From Opitutales bacterium (lineage in GTDB: Bacteria; Verrucomicrobiota; Verrucomicrobiia; Opitutales; PNEW01), in NCBI GenBank assembly GCA_965197745.1, contig CBDANS010000005.1, positions 1 through 64,000 on the forward strand: a DNA stretch of 64,000 nt, written 5' to 3'. The notes under the pieces are model-generated. The model worked only from the letters and a program-made list of their open reading frames with translations, made no database searches and had not been told where the DNA came from. This document shows, in pieces, positions 33,537 through 43,432 of this stretch. The position numbers and the translations under genes are program-made. The first letter of the stretch is position 1; the number at the start of each line of letters is the position of its first letter.

Positions 33537-36500
33537 GTGATGCTTCATAAGCGCATATTTTTCACTGCGATTGCTTTAATCGTATCAGTCTCAAGCATAC
33601 TGCAGTGTCTGTACGCACATGATGTGTCCTTTCCTTTACCCAGTGATAAGATCAATGAATACCCTTTTAACATGGTGGGAAAAGTTTCTTCAGGAAGTAA
33701 GATAGGCTCAGGTGTGGCAATATCGCAAAAGGTCGTTCTCTCCGCTGCACACTCGTTTTTCAATTATAAGACTCTGGATTGGCAAACGGGCCTTTTCCAA
33801 TGGAACTTACGCCATTCTCCATCAAATCAATCATATGATATGAGTGCGCGGTCATACCAGTATTTTAGCGAATATGCAGAAGCCAAAAAAAAGTTCAAAA
33901 ACAGTGAAAGATTCTCTTCAGGAGAAGAATTAAATCGCGATGTCATTACACTTATATTTTATGAAGATGTCGCCGATGGGGGTCATGCGAGATGGGGCAG
34001 GAGCCGAATTACCGATAACTCTGACAAAATGATCGTCGGTTATCCTGACCTTGACTACAGCGGTTTTGATCCAAGAAAACAAACAATGCATACAACCAGT
34101 ATCGAAGGGAGCTCTGCTGTCTTCTATATATTCGGAAACCCAACCCGATTAACGGATCGATTACATAATACCATACGCACTTATGAAACATTTGATCTTT
34201 CCACCGGTCCGGGAAATAGTGGTGGCCCAGTATACGGGTTAATTACATTGGCAGATGGAACCGTTGATTGGGATGTAGTCGGCATTCAGGTAGCTGGCGT
34301 AAATGGATATAATGCTGTTGCTCTAGCCATTGATGGTGCTGTTTATGATTTAATCAAGGCAGCGGAATCCACTTCTGATTCTACCTCACCCGATGACCAT
34401 GGAGATACCCGCGCCACTGCGACCACGGTAGAACTTAGTCGCCCTATTACGGGCGACTTAGAAACACAATGGGATATTGATTATTTTCGTTTTGAACTAA
34501 ATAGCGCTGGAAAAATAACTGCATTTACAACCGGTGATACCGATACCCTTGGAACATTACAGAATGATTCAGGAAACTTACAGAATAATTCAGGTAACGT
34601 TGTTGCGACAAATGATGACAGTGGTTCGAGGAGAAATTTCTTAATTACGAGGGACCTCAATCCAGGAACATATTACATCGCCGTCAGCAATTTCCTTAAT
34701 AAAGTAACAGGTTCTTATTACTTACGCGTTGATTTTTCTGAGACCGCTAAATTACCAGACTTAGCCGTTGATTTTGTTGGCGCAGACAGAAAGTCAGTAG
34801 CAGCAGGCGAAACGATCCGTGTTGATTTCGATAGAAGTAACCAGGGGGATAAAGACTCCGGTGAATTCGTTCACGGGCTCTATTTATCGAAGGATGAAAT
34901 TATTACAACTTTAGATAAACAATTGATACACTTTACAAGTGCAAGCATAAGTGCGGGTTCCTCAGAAGAATCCTATTTTGAATTAACTATACCGAAAAAT
35001 ACAATTCCAAGTATTTATTACCTGGGATATATTCTCGACTTTAATGTTCAAATTGCAGAATCCGATAAAACTAACAACACAGGGTTTGCTGAAATTACGG
35101 TAGTGGGACCCATTTCTGATTCTACCTCACCCGATGACCATGGAGATACGCGCGACACTGCGACCACGATAAAACTTGGTCGTTATATTTCGGGTCACAT
35201 TGAGACAAGAGAGGATCTTGATTATTTTCGTTTTGAACTAGATAGCGCTGGAACAATAACTGTATTTACAACAGGTGCTATCAATACCGCTGGAATATTA
35301 AAGGGTGATACATCAAGGGGCCCTGAACTCTCAAGCATAGATGGCGGGTTAGGGGATAATTTCTTAATTACGTGGGTACTCGATCCAGGAACATATACCG
35401 TCCTCGTCTACCCTTATGCTTATAGAGATACAGGTCATTATTACTTACGCGTTGATTTTTCTGAGACAATCAAATTACCAGACTTAGCTGTTGGTTTTGT
35501 TGGTGCAGACAGTGAGTCAGTAGTAGCAGGTGAATTACTCCGTGTTGATTACCACAGAAGTAACTCGGGGGATAAAGACTCTGGCCCATTCTCTCACGGG
35601 TTTTATTTATCGAAGGATGAAATTATTACAACTTCAGATACTCAATTAATATATTTTACAAGTGCAAGCATGAGTGCGGGTGCCTCAGAAAGATCCTATT
35701 ATGAATTAATTATATCAGAGAATACAATTCCAGGTATTTATTACATGGGATATATTCTCGACTTTGATAAGCAGATTGAAGAATACGATGAGACTAACAA
35801 CACGGATTATGCTGTAATTACAGTAGAAGACCCCCGTTCAGATGATGAAGCCTTAGTGCTTGATAGATTACCAGACTTGGCCGTTGATTTTGTTGGTGTA
35901 GACAGAAAGTCAGTAATAGCGGGTAAAACGATCCATGTTGATTTCGATAGAAGTAACAGGGGAGGTGAAGACACCGGTAAATTCATTCACGGGTTCTATT
36001 TATCAAAGGATGAAAATATTACAATTGGAGATACACAATTGGTATATTCTAAAGCAAATAGCATGAGTGCGGGTTCCTCAGAAGGATCCTTTTATGAATT
36101 AATTATACCAAAGAATACAATCCCAGGTATTTATTACCTGGGATATATTCTCGACTCAAATAAGCAGATTGAAGAATACGATGAGACTAACAACACGGAT
36201 TATGCTGTAATTACAGTAGAGAAATTCATTCCATACAATATTAGAGACATAGTGCTTGGTGGTTCAGGTATGTTTTATAGCCCGAGTATTCGCCACCCTA
36301 GTGGTAATATCTTCGACCAGGTATTGCTCTTCGGACCATCCATTAAGCTCAAGGCGAAGCCGGGGCACATCACGAGAACCTCCTTTATGGATGAAGATGA
36401 GGATATTGTGCAGGTGGAGTTTTCTGGTGCTGGTACCATTACAGTAACTTTAGACCCGGCTACTTTTTTACCTCCCGCTTTGCCCCCACGCTATAACCAG

Positions 36501-37079
36501 GAAGTAGAGTATGTGACCGGCAAACCAAGCGTGGTGATAGAGGGAGCAGACTCCACGACCTTCTTTAGTATCTTTACGGTGGGAAGGATCAACGCGACTT
36601 TACAGGAATTATTTCCCGAAGGGCAGGTTTATGATGCAGAAGCGGACGTAAAACTGGTGGAAGTAATCAACTCCACGGGAATCGGAGGGATGCAGTTGTC
36701 GAACACGGTCTTCAGTGGAAGCACGGGCAACGTCGGGGTGATTGCAAGAGGAGTGCCGGTGGCAGTACGTTTAACGGTCGGTGATATCGATGCTGATGGC
36801 GATGCGGTGCCGTACCTCTTGTTTGGAGAAGGTTCGTTCACGGTGCCAGCAAGCAATCCCGGGGTGCGGATCACCGGAGGAGACTTGAAGCAAACAAACA
36901 GTGCTTCGATCGTGGTCGCTGATGGTGGATCGACGGTTCCCGCGTTTGAGACCCTGATATCGCAGAACAACTTCAAGTCCGATGGAACCCCTCAGCCCAC
37001 TCAAAGTATCGATGCTGTTTTCGTCAATGAGGACGGAGTTGTGATTCCTGTAACTTTGGAAAATATAACAATAGAATAA
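33537..37079 (+). CDS. Secreted modular protein: trypsin-like serine protease + 2 PPC + 3 CARDB-like domains
   Basis: Signal peptide, VLSAAH, GNSGGP, DDHGDT x2, LPDLAV...E.D.TNN x3. Confidence 0.85.
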   Translation: MMLHKRIFFTAIALIVSVSSILQCLYAHDVSFPLPSDKINEYPFNMVGKVSSGSKIGSGVAISQKVVLSAAHSFFNYKTLDWQTGLFQWNLRHSPSNQSYDMSARSYQYFSEYAEAKKKFKNSERFSSGEELNRDVITLIFYEDVADGGHARWGRSRITDNSDKMIVGYPDLDYSGFDPRKQTMHTTSIEGSSAVFYIFGNPTRLTDRLHNTIRTYETFDLSTGPGNSGGPVYGLITLADGTVDWDVVGIQVAGVNGYNAVALAIDGAVYDLIKAAESTSDSTSPDDHGDTRATATTVELSRPITGDLETQWDIDYFRFELNSAGKITAFTTGDTDTLGTLQNDSGNLQNNSGNVVATNDDSGSRRNFLITRDLNPGTYYIAVSNFLNKVTGSYYLRVDFSETAKLPDLAVDFVGADRKSVAAGETIRVDFDRSNQGDKDSGEFVHGLYLSKDEIITTLDKQLIHFTSASISAGSSEESYFELTIPKNTIPSIYYLGYILDFNVQIAESDKTNNTGFAEITVVGPISDSTSPDDHGDTRDTATTIKLGRYISGHIETREDLDYFRFELDSAGTITVFTTGAINTAGILKGDTSRGPELSSIDGGLGDNFLITWVLDPGTYTVLVYPYAYRDTGHYYLRVDFSETIKLPDLAVGFVGADSESVVAGELLRVDYHRSNSGDKDSGPFSHGFYLSKDEIITTSDTQLIYFTSASMSAGASERSYYELIISENTIPGIYYMGYILDFDKQIEEYDETNNTDYAVITVEDPRSDDEALVLDRLPDLAVDFVGVDRKSVIAGKTIHVDFDRSNRGGEDTGKFIHGFYLSKDENITIGDTQLVYSKANSMSAGSSEGSFYELIIPKNTIPGIYYLGYILDSNKQIEEYDETNNTDYAVITVEKFIPYNIRDIVLGGSGMFYSPSIRHPSGNIFDQVLLFGPSIKLKAKPGHITRTSFMDEDEDIVQVEFSGAGTITVTLDPATFLPPALPPRYNQEVEYVTGKPSVVIEGADSTTFFSIFTVGRINATLQELFPEGQVYDAEADVKLVEVINSTGIGGMQLSNTVFSGSTGNVGVIARGVPVAVRLTVGDIDADGDAVPYLLFGEGSFTVPASNPGVRITGGDLKQTNSASIVVADGGSTVPAFETLISQNNFKSDGTPQPTQSIDAVFVNEDGVVIPVTLENITIE

Positions 37080-37515
37080 GACCGACACTGATTAACGAAG
37101 CTGCGGTTCTTCGGGATTAATGCAGGATTAAACCCCAGACGCTATGCAGCTGCAGTATATCGCCTGTTTTTAAAACAGCGATTATGTTCGCGTATAGAAC
37201 GTGCGCAGAATGGCTGAAGGATTCGTTTTGATGGTGTGGCCTATAGGCAGTGGTTAAGTTTTGAAAATATTGAGTTTCCACCGCGACGATTTTCTATCAT
37301 AATTTTTGCCGTGAAAGTGAGAGCAAAACGCAAGTGCGTCGTGGTCGTGGATGCGGGCGAGCAGAAAGAGTTAAGCCATAAGGTTGAACCGGTGCATAAA
37401 TTTTCACACCATGGCGGGGTTAAGGGCGAAGCCTCGTGAGTAAGGAAACTTTTCTTCACTGTTTGTGGTTTAATCCGGCGGTGATAGGGGGACCGAGAAG
37501 CGCATCAACTCGAGA

Positions 37516-37542
37516 GCGGTTATGCGTGACCGCCGTTTTTTT
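37516..37542 (+). terminator. Putative intrinsic terminator
   Basis: GCGGTTA-TGCG-TGACCGC followed by a T7 run. Confidence 0.5.
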
Positions 37543-37618
37543 GTCCGCTTCCCGTTTGGGGATGGTAAAGAAAAATGGCGTTGCTATTCTCATAAGAGAG
37601 AAAGTAATTAATTATACC

Positions 37619-38347
37619 ATGTTTAACGGTTATTGGTATTGGATTGTGATAGCAGGATTTCTCTTAACCGGCTGCTATGAGACCACCCGGCAGATTACTC
37701 CGTTTGCCGACAGGGAATACCAAAAAAGTTATAAGCAAGGAGAAAATCACTGCCGTGTAGTGTCCCAGGGCGCGCACAAGGTATCAATGGTCAGTTTACA
37801 AAAAGCGGCAGGTTCAAGAGTGGGATTTACGATAGAAGTCGAGAACGGGTCTACGGCCCCCATTGTGTTTGGGTTTGACCATGTAACCGCGGTTACCGCG
37901 GACGAGTTGAATTTGTATATTAATACGTTAGGGGATTTAAACAAGGAGGTTGCTGACCGGGAGCGATTCCGTGAATTTTGGAATAGTATAGCTACTATCC
38001 TCGCAGTGGCTGGTGCTCAAGGAATGACGGTCCATTATGGTAGCGTTAATACCATTTATGGGAGCAGAACTTACTCGGGGGTAACGTATGATCCCAGAGT
38101 CGCTGCAATACAACGGAGGATAGCACAGGTTGAAGGCCAGCAACGATCAAGTAACATCAGGAATCAAGCTGATGAGTCTAGGCATCAATATGCCTCGAAG
38201 ATATTGAAAGCCAGAGAGCTTAACCCGGGTGAAAAGGTGAGGGGCTCTTTATGGATAGAAATTCCGTATGAACGATCAGGGATGGTTTATTTTAATGTCC
38301 ATGCAGGCAGTGAGAGGCACCGGCTTGCGTTTAAAGTGGGCGATTAA
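37619..38347 (+). CDS. Hypothetical lipoprotein
   Basis: MFNGYWYWIVIAGFLLTGC lipobox; ATG 37619 preferred over the upstream start. Confidence 0.7.
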   Translation: MFNGYWYWIVIAGFLLTGCYETTRQITPFADREYQKSYKQGENHCRVVSQGAHKVSMVSLQKAAGSRVGFTIEVENGSTAPIVFGFDHVTAVTADELNLYINTLGDLNKEVADRERFREFWNSIATILAVAGAQGMTVHYGSVNTIYGSRTYSGVTYDPRVAAIQRRIAQVEGQQRSSNIRNQADESRHQYASKILKARELNPGEKVRGSLWIEIPYERSGMVYFNVHAGSERHRLAFKVGD

Positions 38348-38421
38348 ACGGGTTGCGACAGGATTTGTTTTGGGAAGTGTGAACGCTCCACGCGGGGAGT
38401 TCATTAGACGATAATTAGAAT

Positions 38422-38829
38422 ATGTCAGAGAAGGGAAAACAACCTAGTATTACCAGGAGGAAATGGGAAAACGTGTATAACCCGAAGCAGGTAAGCCCAC
38501 AGTTCCGGGCACTCGAAATAGCAAAATACTTAGGCGGGGAAAAGTTCGCCATACCCATCCAACAGGCAGTCGGCGGGATAAAATCTGAAGCGGTAGCGAC
38601 GGATCTCATGGTGGCACTCGGAATTGCCTTTCATTTGAGACCCTGGATTCCCACATCCGGCCGTACGGCATTCGACATGGCAAAAGCTGAAAAGGCCGCG
38701 ACTGATTTCATTGCGGAACGGGAAAAGATGCACAATCTGGATATGGCAGACCGAAGGTTGCTGGTGACCGAATTGGCCGCGAGATTGAGCGGGGTAACGC
38801 TCGAAAGGGCCGTGCAGTTGACTGGGTAA
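38422..38829 (+). CDS. Hypothetical protein
   Basis: 135-aa ORF with plausible composition. Confidence 0.55.
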   Translation: MSEKGKQPSITRRKWENVYNPKQVSPQFRALEIAKYLGGEKFAIPIQQAVGGIKSEAVATDLMVALGIAFHLRPWIPTSGRTAFDMAKAEKAATDFIAEREKMHNLDMADRRLLVTELAARLSGVTLERAVQLTG

Positions 38830-39330
38830 GACTCTCGGCGGGCAATTGCCTAAGCTTCATATTTCGAATTGCAGGACTTTGGGTGGACAACGGGGGATCG
38901 TTTTTCTGCCGTCAGATTGAAACTGTCAAAACTATACATTTTTCTTCGGCTTGCCGTTTCCTGGGACTGCTGACATACTGCCAGTTCACAGTTGTTGCCT
39001 GCCTATTCCACGCACAGGGTTCTTGAGCTTTCTGAATCTGAGGGGGCGTTTTTTTTGTGTTTAACATTGATGCTGTCAGCTGTCTAAAAATTACCTTAAT
39101 CTCACTTTTGAAAAGTAGATCAATAAAAAAGAGTAGGACGATTGCCACGACCCTCTTTTATCGATCTACCCTTTGATTAAGGGTTGTTTTAGCTTGTCCA
39201 CAATGAAGGCCAACCTGCGGACACATAAAAAAAGAGTGACTGGTCGTTCGAAGGTTGCCTGAGCAGACCGTTATTGGCGGCAGTGTACGCGGACATAAAG
39301 GGACGGCCCTAAAAGGAGATATTAGAAGGT

Positions 39331-39358
39331 GAACCGCACAATCGTCATTATGTCCAGT
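39331..39358 (+). other. dif-like (XerC/XerD) recombination site
   Basis: GAACCGCACAA-TCGTCA-TTATGTCCAGT, 11-6-11 layout; 7/11 and 8/11 matches to the E. coli dif arms. Confidence 0.5.
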
Positions 39359-39654
39359 TGATTTGTAAATAATTGATATTCAACATATTAAATTTATACA
39401 TAAAATTCCTAACGGTCTTAAACAAACGCTAATTAAGGGGTAAGCCCCAGTTTAAAACTCTATTAAGGCGAACCAAACATACTATTGCTATACGCACTGC
39501 GCCCTATAATTCAGAGTATCCCTATCAAGAAAACATTCACCGTCTGACATCGCCGGTGTCCGCTAATTTGGGAATAAACCAATCTGGGAGCAAATCAGCT
39601 TACAGGGGGCGGGGGGGGTGCGATCAGAAGACCGACCCCCTAGTCCATATATCG

Positions 39655-39837
39655 ATTTACTCACCGGAAAATATATTTACAAAGGGCAAAGTTTGGCAGC
39701 AAAACAATTTAAAACGAACACTTTTAAATTGGCTCTAAAATGTACGATCACCTTTGTTATGAAACAAATTCCCCTGCCTTAAGATGCAAACGCCCTTTCT
39801 CGAGGCGCTCAGACCCCTTCACGGGCAAATCAAATCA
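39655..39837 (+). repeat. Non-coding direct repeat, copy 1 of 3
   Basis: Shared blocks ATTTAAAACGAA, GGCTCTAAA, GTTATGAAAC, CCCTGCCTTAAGATG, CTCAGACCCCTT. Confidence 0.9.
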
Positions 39838-39962
39838 TTGGTGATGCTTCAAAAAATTCACCCCGCAAAGAGTAAACCAGCCAGCACTATGACAGGGCTC
39901 TCAATTGTTCTCAGGGAGAGTTTATGAGTTCCCGGTGTTATCGCGCAAGCTTGCCCGGCCTC

Positions 39963-40934
39963 TTACGGACCCTCATCCAGGTAATAGCCCGCCCCGATCA
40001 GAATCGGCAGTCCAAAGGATACGATCCTTTTAACGAAAGTCACCTTGCGCTCCTCCATTGCACTCGCCGGATTGCGCTTCGTGTAATACAGGAAGCTTTC
40101 TCCGAAAGCCTCTGCAACGCTCACTAAATCATGCTCTTCGACCGTTCCTTTCAATTCAGATACACCCGACCCCTGGCTGTATGGATCTCCGCTAAACAGC
40201 GTGTAGCCATAAGTATCAATGGCAAATAAGTAGATTGATTCGTGTTTCCATCGCGGATCCGTGGTCAAAGTGTTGATCGCAAAATAGCCTTTCATTTCAA
40301 GCTCCATCGCGGCGCAGCGAACAAACTCCTTGAGTCTCTCGTTGGATGGATCGTTATCGAGCAACATGGCGTTGACCTCTTCACTGTTGCACGTGCCCGG
40401 GATGTCGCGCCGGTAGATCCCCGCGCCAATTACAGCGGGAGTCCCGTTCCAGTCTATGCTCTTGACGTAGGAAGCCTTCGGCTCATCGTAGCCGGTGTCC
40501 GGATTGCGGAAGGAGTAGTAGAGCCAACCCTCACCGAAGTGGGTCGCGATACGATAGGCTTCCAGGTCGATGTTGTTACCGAAGGAGTCGATGAAAAAGC
40601 CCAAAGGCTGCCCTTCTCTCGAAGGGTCGGGCGGGAAGACAAAGCTTCGAGGCTGATCGCTCACCACTGTCACTTCGTCGACAAAAACATAGATTGGACC
40701 GCTTTTCCAACGAACGTCCTCGTGAAAGGCCCGACGGGCTTCATCAAATCCCACTTCCTGGACAAACTCGTAAGCACATTGCACGAACGCCTGAATGTCT
40801 TCCGGTGTGCGTACGGCACGAGCTTTGATAGAGTGGTCTTCACAAGACAGAACTTCAGCAGTGCCGAACGTTGACGACACCGCGCACATTGAGATTAGCG
40901 CAATCAGAAAGGGTAAGACACTTCGGTTCATCAT
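39963..40934 (-). CDS. Secreted tandem Cache-domain protein
   Basis: Signal peptide; two repeats of RWK..IYxF...Y...NP....E.K..(Y/F)VK...IGAG.Y. Confidence 0.8.
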   Translation of the reverse strand: MMNRSVLPFLIALISMCAVSSTFGTAEVLSCEDHSIKARAVRTPEDIQAFVQCAYEFVQEVGFDEARRAFHEDVRWKSGPIYVFVDEVTVVSDQPRSFVFPPDPSREGQPLGFFIDSFGNNIDLEAYRIATHFGEGWLYYSFRNPDTGYDEPKASYVKSIDWNGTPAVIGAGIYRRDIPGTCNSEEVNAMLLDNDPSNERLKEFVRCAAMELEMKGYFAINTLTTDPRWKHESIYLFAIDTYGYTLFSGDPYSQGSGVSELKGTVEEHDLVSVAEAFGESFLYYTKRNPASAMEERKVTFVKRIVSFGLPILIGAGYYLDEGP

Positions 40935-41133
40935 TTAAAAATATTCGGGGTAGTTCGCTTTTGGAAACAACGGGAAATCATATTGTATGATTTGATAAAA
41001 TCTGTCAATGGGGCCAAAAAGGTTTCAAACTTAGACGTACCCCGGAAGCTTGGGTAAAGCAATCTACAACTCCTGAGATAGACAGTGATCGGTAAAGCGT
41101 ACGATAAATACATGGGCTTGGTGATCGTAAGAA

Positions 41134-41277
41134 TTGGCAGCAACAATGATTTAAAACGAAACGCATTTTATTGGCTCTAAAATGTACGATCACCCATCGT
41201 TATGAAACTTACCCTGCCTTAAGATGTAACTGCCCTTTCTCAAGGCTCTCAGACCCCTTCACAGGCAAGTCAAATCA
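41134..41277 (+). repeat. Non-coding direct repeat, copy 2 of 3
   Basis: Same blocks as copy 1. Confidence 0.9.
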
Positions 41278-41522
41278 AGCTTCGAAGTTTCAAAAAGTTC
41301 CCCCCAGCCTTGATAACATGCAATCGAGCGTAGAAATGTAAGCATTATCTTTTAGAATATTTTGCCGCGGTAAAATCTGTTCCTTAAAGATATTGTCTGT
41401 GTCTGCTTGGGACAGCTCATTTCAAATATTAAAATGATCATAGATCAAAAGCATGCTGATTACCTTTGAGGTTTTTATTATTATGTTTTTAATCACCAGA
41501 TCGACCGGTGGTCTCACTATTA

Positions 41523-41686
41523 ATTTACTCACCAGAAAATATATTTACAATCGAGCAACGCTTAACAGCAAAACAATTTAAAACGAACACTTTTAAATGG
41601 GCTCTAAAGGAACGATTACTCTTCGTTATGAAACCATTCCCTGCCTTAAGATGCAAACGGCCTTTCTCGAGGCTCTCAGACCCCTT
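41523..41686 (+). repeat. Non-coding direct repeat, copy 3 of 3
   Basis: Same blocks, plus ATTTACTCACC.GAAAATATATTTACAA shared with copy 1. Confidence 0.9.
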
Positions 41687-41796
41687 AAAAGACTTTGCTT
41701 GATGAATTCATGATCCCTTATCTTTTTATGCAACATCCATTGCATCTATTTGATTTCAAATATTTACCTCCCAGATAAAAAAGAATAATTTAGCCG

Positions 41797-42075
41797 TCAT
41801 AAAAATCCCTTAAGATCTATATCCCGACAAAGCTCTATAATATCGACTTCACAATCGGCCTCCAAGGCCTCGACAATGTCGTCCTTTTCACCGCCTTCTC
41901 TTAAATAGTCTGCGATCAGTGATAGCCGTATTCTCTTTTCTTTATCTGTCGGTTCAAAGTTTGCACAATACTCAATCCAGACCTCTTTGATTGCATTAAT
42001 TGCTAGCACATTAATGAATTTTTTCCGCAGTTGTCGGCCACGACAACCCTTATTATTAAATCTATCTTTATTCAT
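41797..42075 (-). CDS. Hypothetical protein (mobile element)
   Basis: 92-aa ORF co-oriented with the putative rep module. Confidence 0.5.
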   Translation of the reverse strand: MNKDRFNNKGCRGRQLRKKFINVLAINAIKEVWIEYCANFEPTDKEKRIRLSLIADYLREGGEKDDIVEALEADCEVDIIELCRDIDLKGFL

Positions 42076-42182
42076 AGTATCTTTATGCGTACAATCTCTA
42101 TTAAGAATATCTCTATTAAAGTTGCCCTCAACTTTCCCCTATGATGCCCGTATGTTGCCCATCAGTTGCCCTTATGTTAACC
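42063..42182. repeat. Putative replication origin: iteron-like phased repeats
   Basis: GTTGCCC-like units at 42121, 42132, 42143, 42154, 42165, 42176 (11-bp period); (T/A)ATCT(T/C)TAT at 42063, 42078, 42093, 42108 (15-bp period). Confidence 0.65.
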
Positions 42183-42270
42183 GCTTAAAATGGATAAAGG
42201 ATTTCACGAAAATATTGCTTCTTTTATTTAAAAGTTATCGCGTTGGATTCATTAAAAGGGGGTTAAAATT

Positions 42271-43047
42271 CTATCCCATTTTTAATTTCATTATTTTTTT
42301 ATTTATTGCCGCATCCTTAGCCTTGATGGATTTTTTCTTCCTCATTCGGTTTGTTCTCATTTCGAAAACTTTTTCTCTTAACTCATCTTCACTAAGTTTG
42401 TGAGAATAATAGGTCTCACGATTCCGATAAGTAAATCTGCCAAAAAAACCTTTTAAAAAAAGATCTTCGACAGTCTTTCGTACTTGTTTAATTGAAGAAG
42501 GCTCCGGTCGCTCTTCAAAAGTGTCAAAAATCTCTTTTGATCGGCAACCTGTTGCACGGCACTGAATTTCATCACTGGTGATTCGGCGGTAATCATTTTG
42601 CCCCAGGCAGGAATAAATAGCTGAAAGAATAGCAAATTCACGAGGATTGAGCGCACCTCTGTCTCTTACATCTATGCACAAAGCTTTCTTGTGTCTGACT
42701 AAAGCGTCATTTCCAAATTTTACCTCAAAATCATCGATAAACTCCTGGTATTCCCTGATCTCTTTTTCACTACCTTCCATTGAAGATAATATTAGCCCTG
42801 ACATACATGCAGCAGCGCAAAGCAATTGATGTTCTCGATTGGTGTTATCATGATCCTTAGGTAAATGCTCATTATCCGGTAATTCATAATGTTGCTCAGG
42901 ATTTTTAGATAAAAAAAGGCGAGCCCTATGGATCCCAATGTATAGCATGCCATTAATAATGTCGTACAAACTGCCTGGGTACGCCAATAAGCATAAAGGG
43001 GCCTGGATATATTTCTCGTTATTTTCTTTTGTTTGATCTTCTGACAT
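42271..43047 (-). CDS. Hypothetical protein, possible winged-helix replication initiator
   Basis: LNPREFAILSAIYS...ITSDEIQ...SIKQVRKTVEDL pattern; lies between the HTH gene and the iterons. Confidence 0.5.
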   Translation of the reverse strand: MSEDQTKENNEKYIQAPLCLLAYPGSLYDIINGMLYIGIHRARLFLSKNPEQHYELPDNEHLPKDHDNTNREHQLLCAAACMSGLILSSMEGSEKEIREYQEFIDDFEVKFGNDALVRHKKALCIDVRDRGALNPREFAILSAIYSCLGQNDYRRITSDEIQCRATGCRSKEIFDTFEERPEPSSIKQVRKTVEDLFLKGFFGRFTYRNRETYYSHKLSEDELREKVFEMRTNRMRKKKSIKAKDAAINKKIMKLKMG

Positions 43048-43061
43048 TTTAAATTATCACA

Positions 43062-43316
43062 TTAACGGGGAACTACCGTATTTCTCTCCTCTAGGGCCTC
43101 CCGTACTAGAGCTGGATTAAATCTTACCAGATGCCCTATCTTGATATAGGGTATGGTTCTCCTTCTTTGCTGTTCTCGAAGCCAGCGTAAGCTCGGACGG
43201 GACCTTTCATCGAAGAGGATTTCCAGGAGCCTTGCAGCATCTACCAACTGATCATTATGATGATGAGTATACACAATCGTTTTTGTTATCAAACGATAGG
43301 AGCGTATCTTGATCAT
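43062..43316 (-). CDS. Excisionase/AlpA-like small DNA-binding protein
   Basis: PSLRWLREQQRRRTIPYIKIGHLVRFNPALV (HTH_17-like). Confidence 0.75.
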   Translation of the reverse strand: MIKIRSYRLITKTIVYTHHHNDQLVDAARLLEILFDERSRPSLRWLREQQRRRTIPYIKIGHLVRFNPALVREALEERNTVVPR

Positions 43317-43432
43317 CTAATCGACATCTTAAAGTAAAGTCCCCGCTTTTTATTTAAAACATCCAATATATTCTTCTAATGTATCTAAAGTCCCCACTAA
43401 GGAATCACTGAAGAAATATTATTAGAGCTCCA

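Noticed and set aside
42173..42183. Second dif site (TTATGTTAACC)
   Set aside because: No XerC-like left arm; it falls in phase with the iteron series
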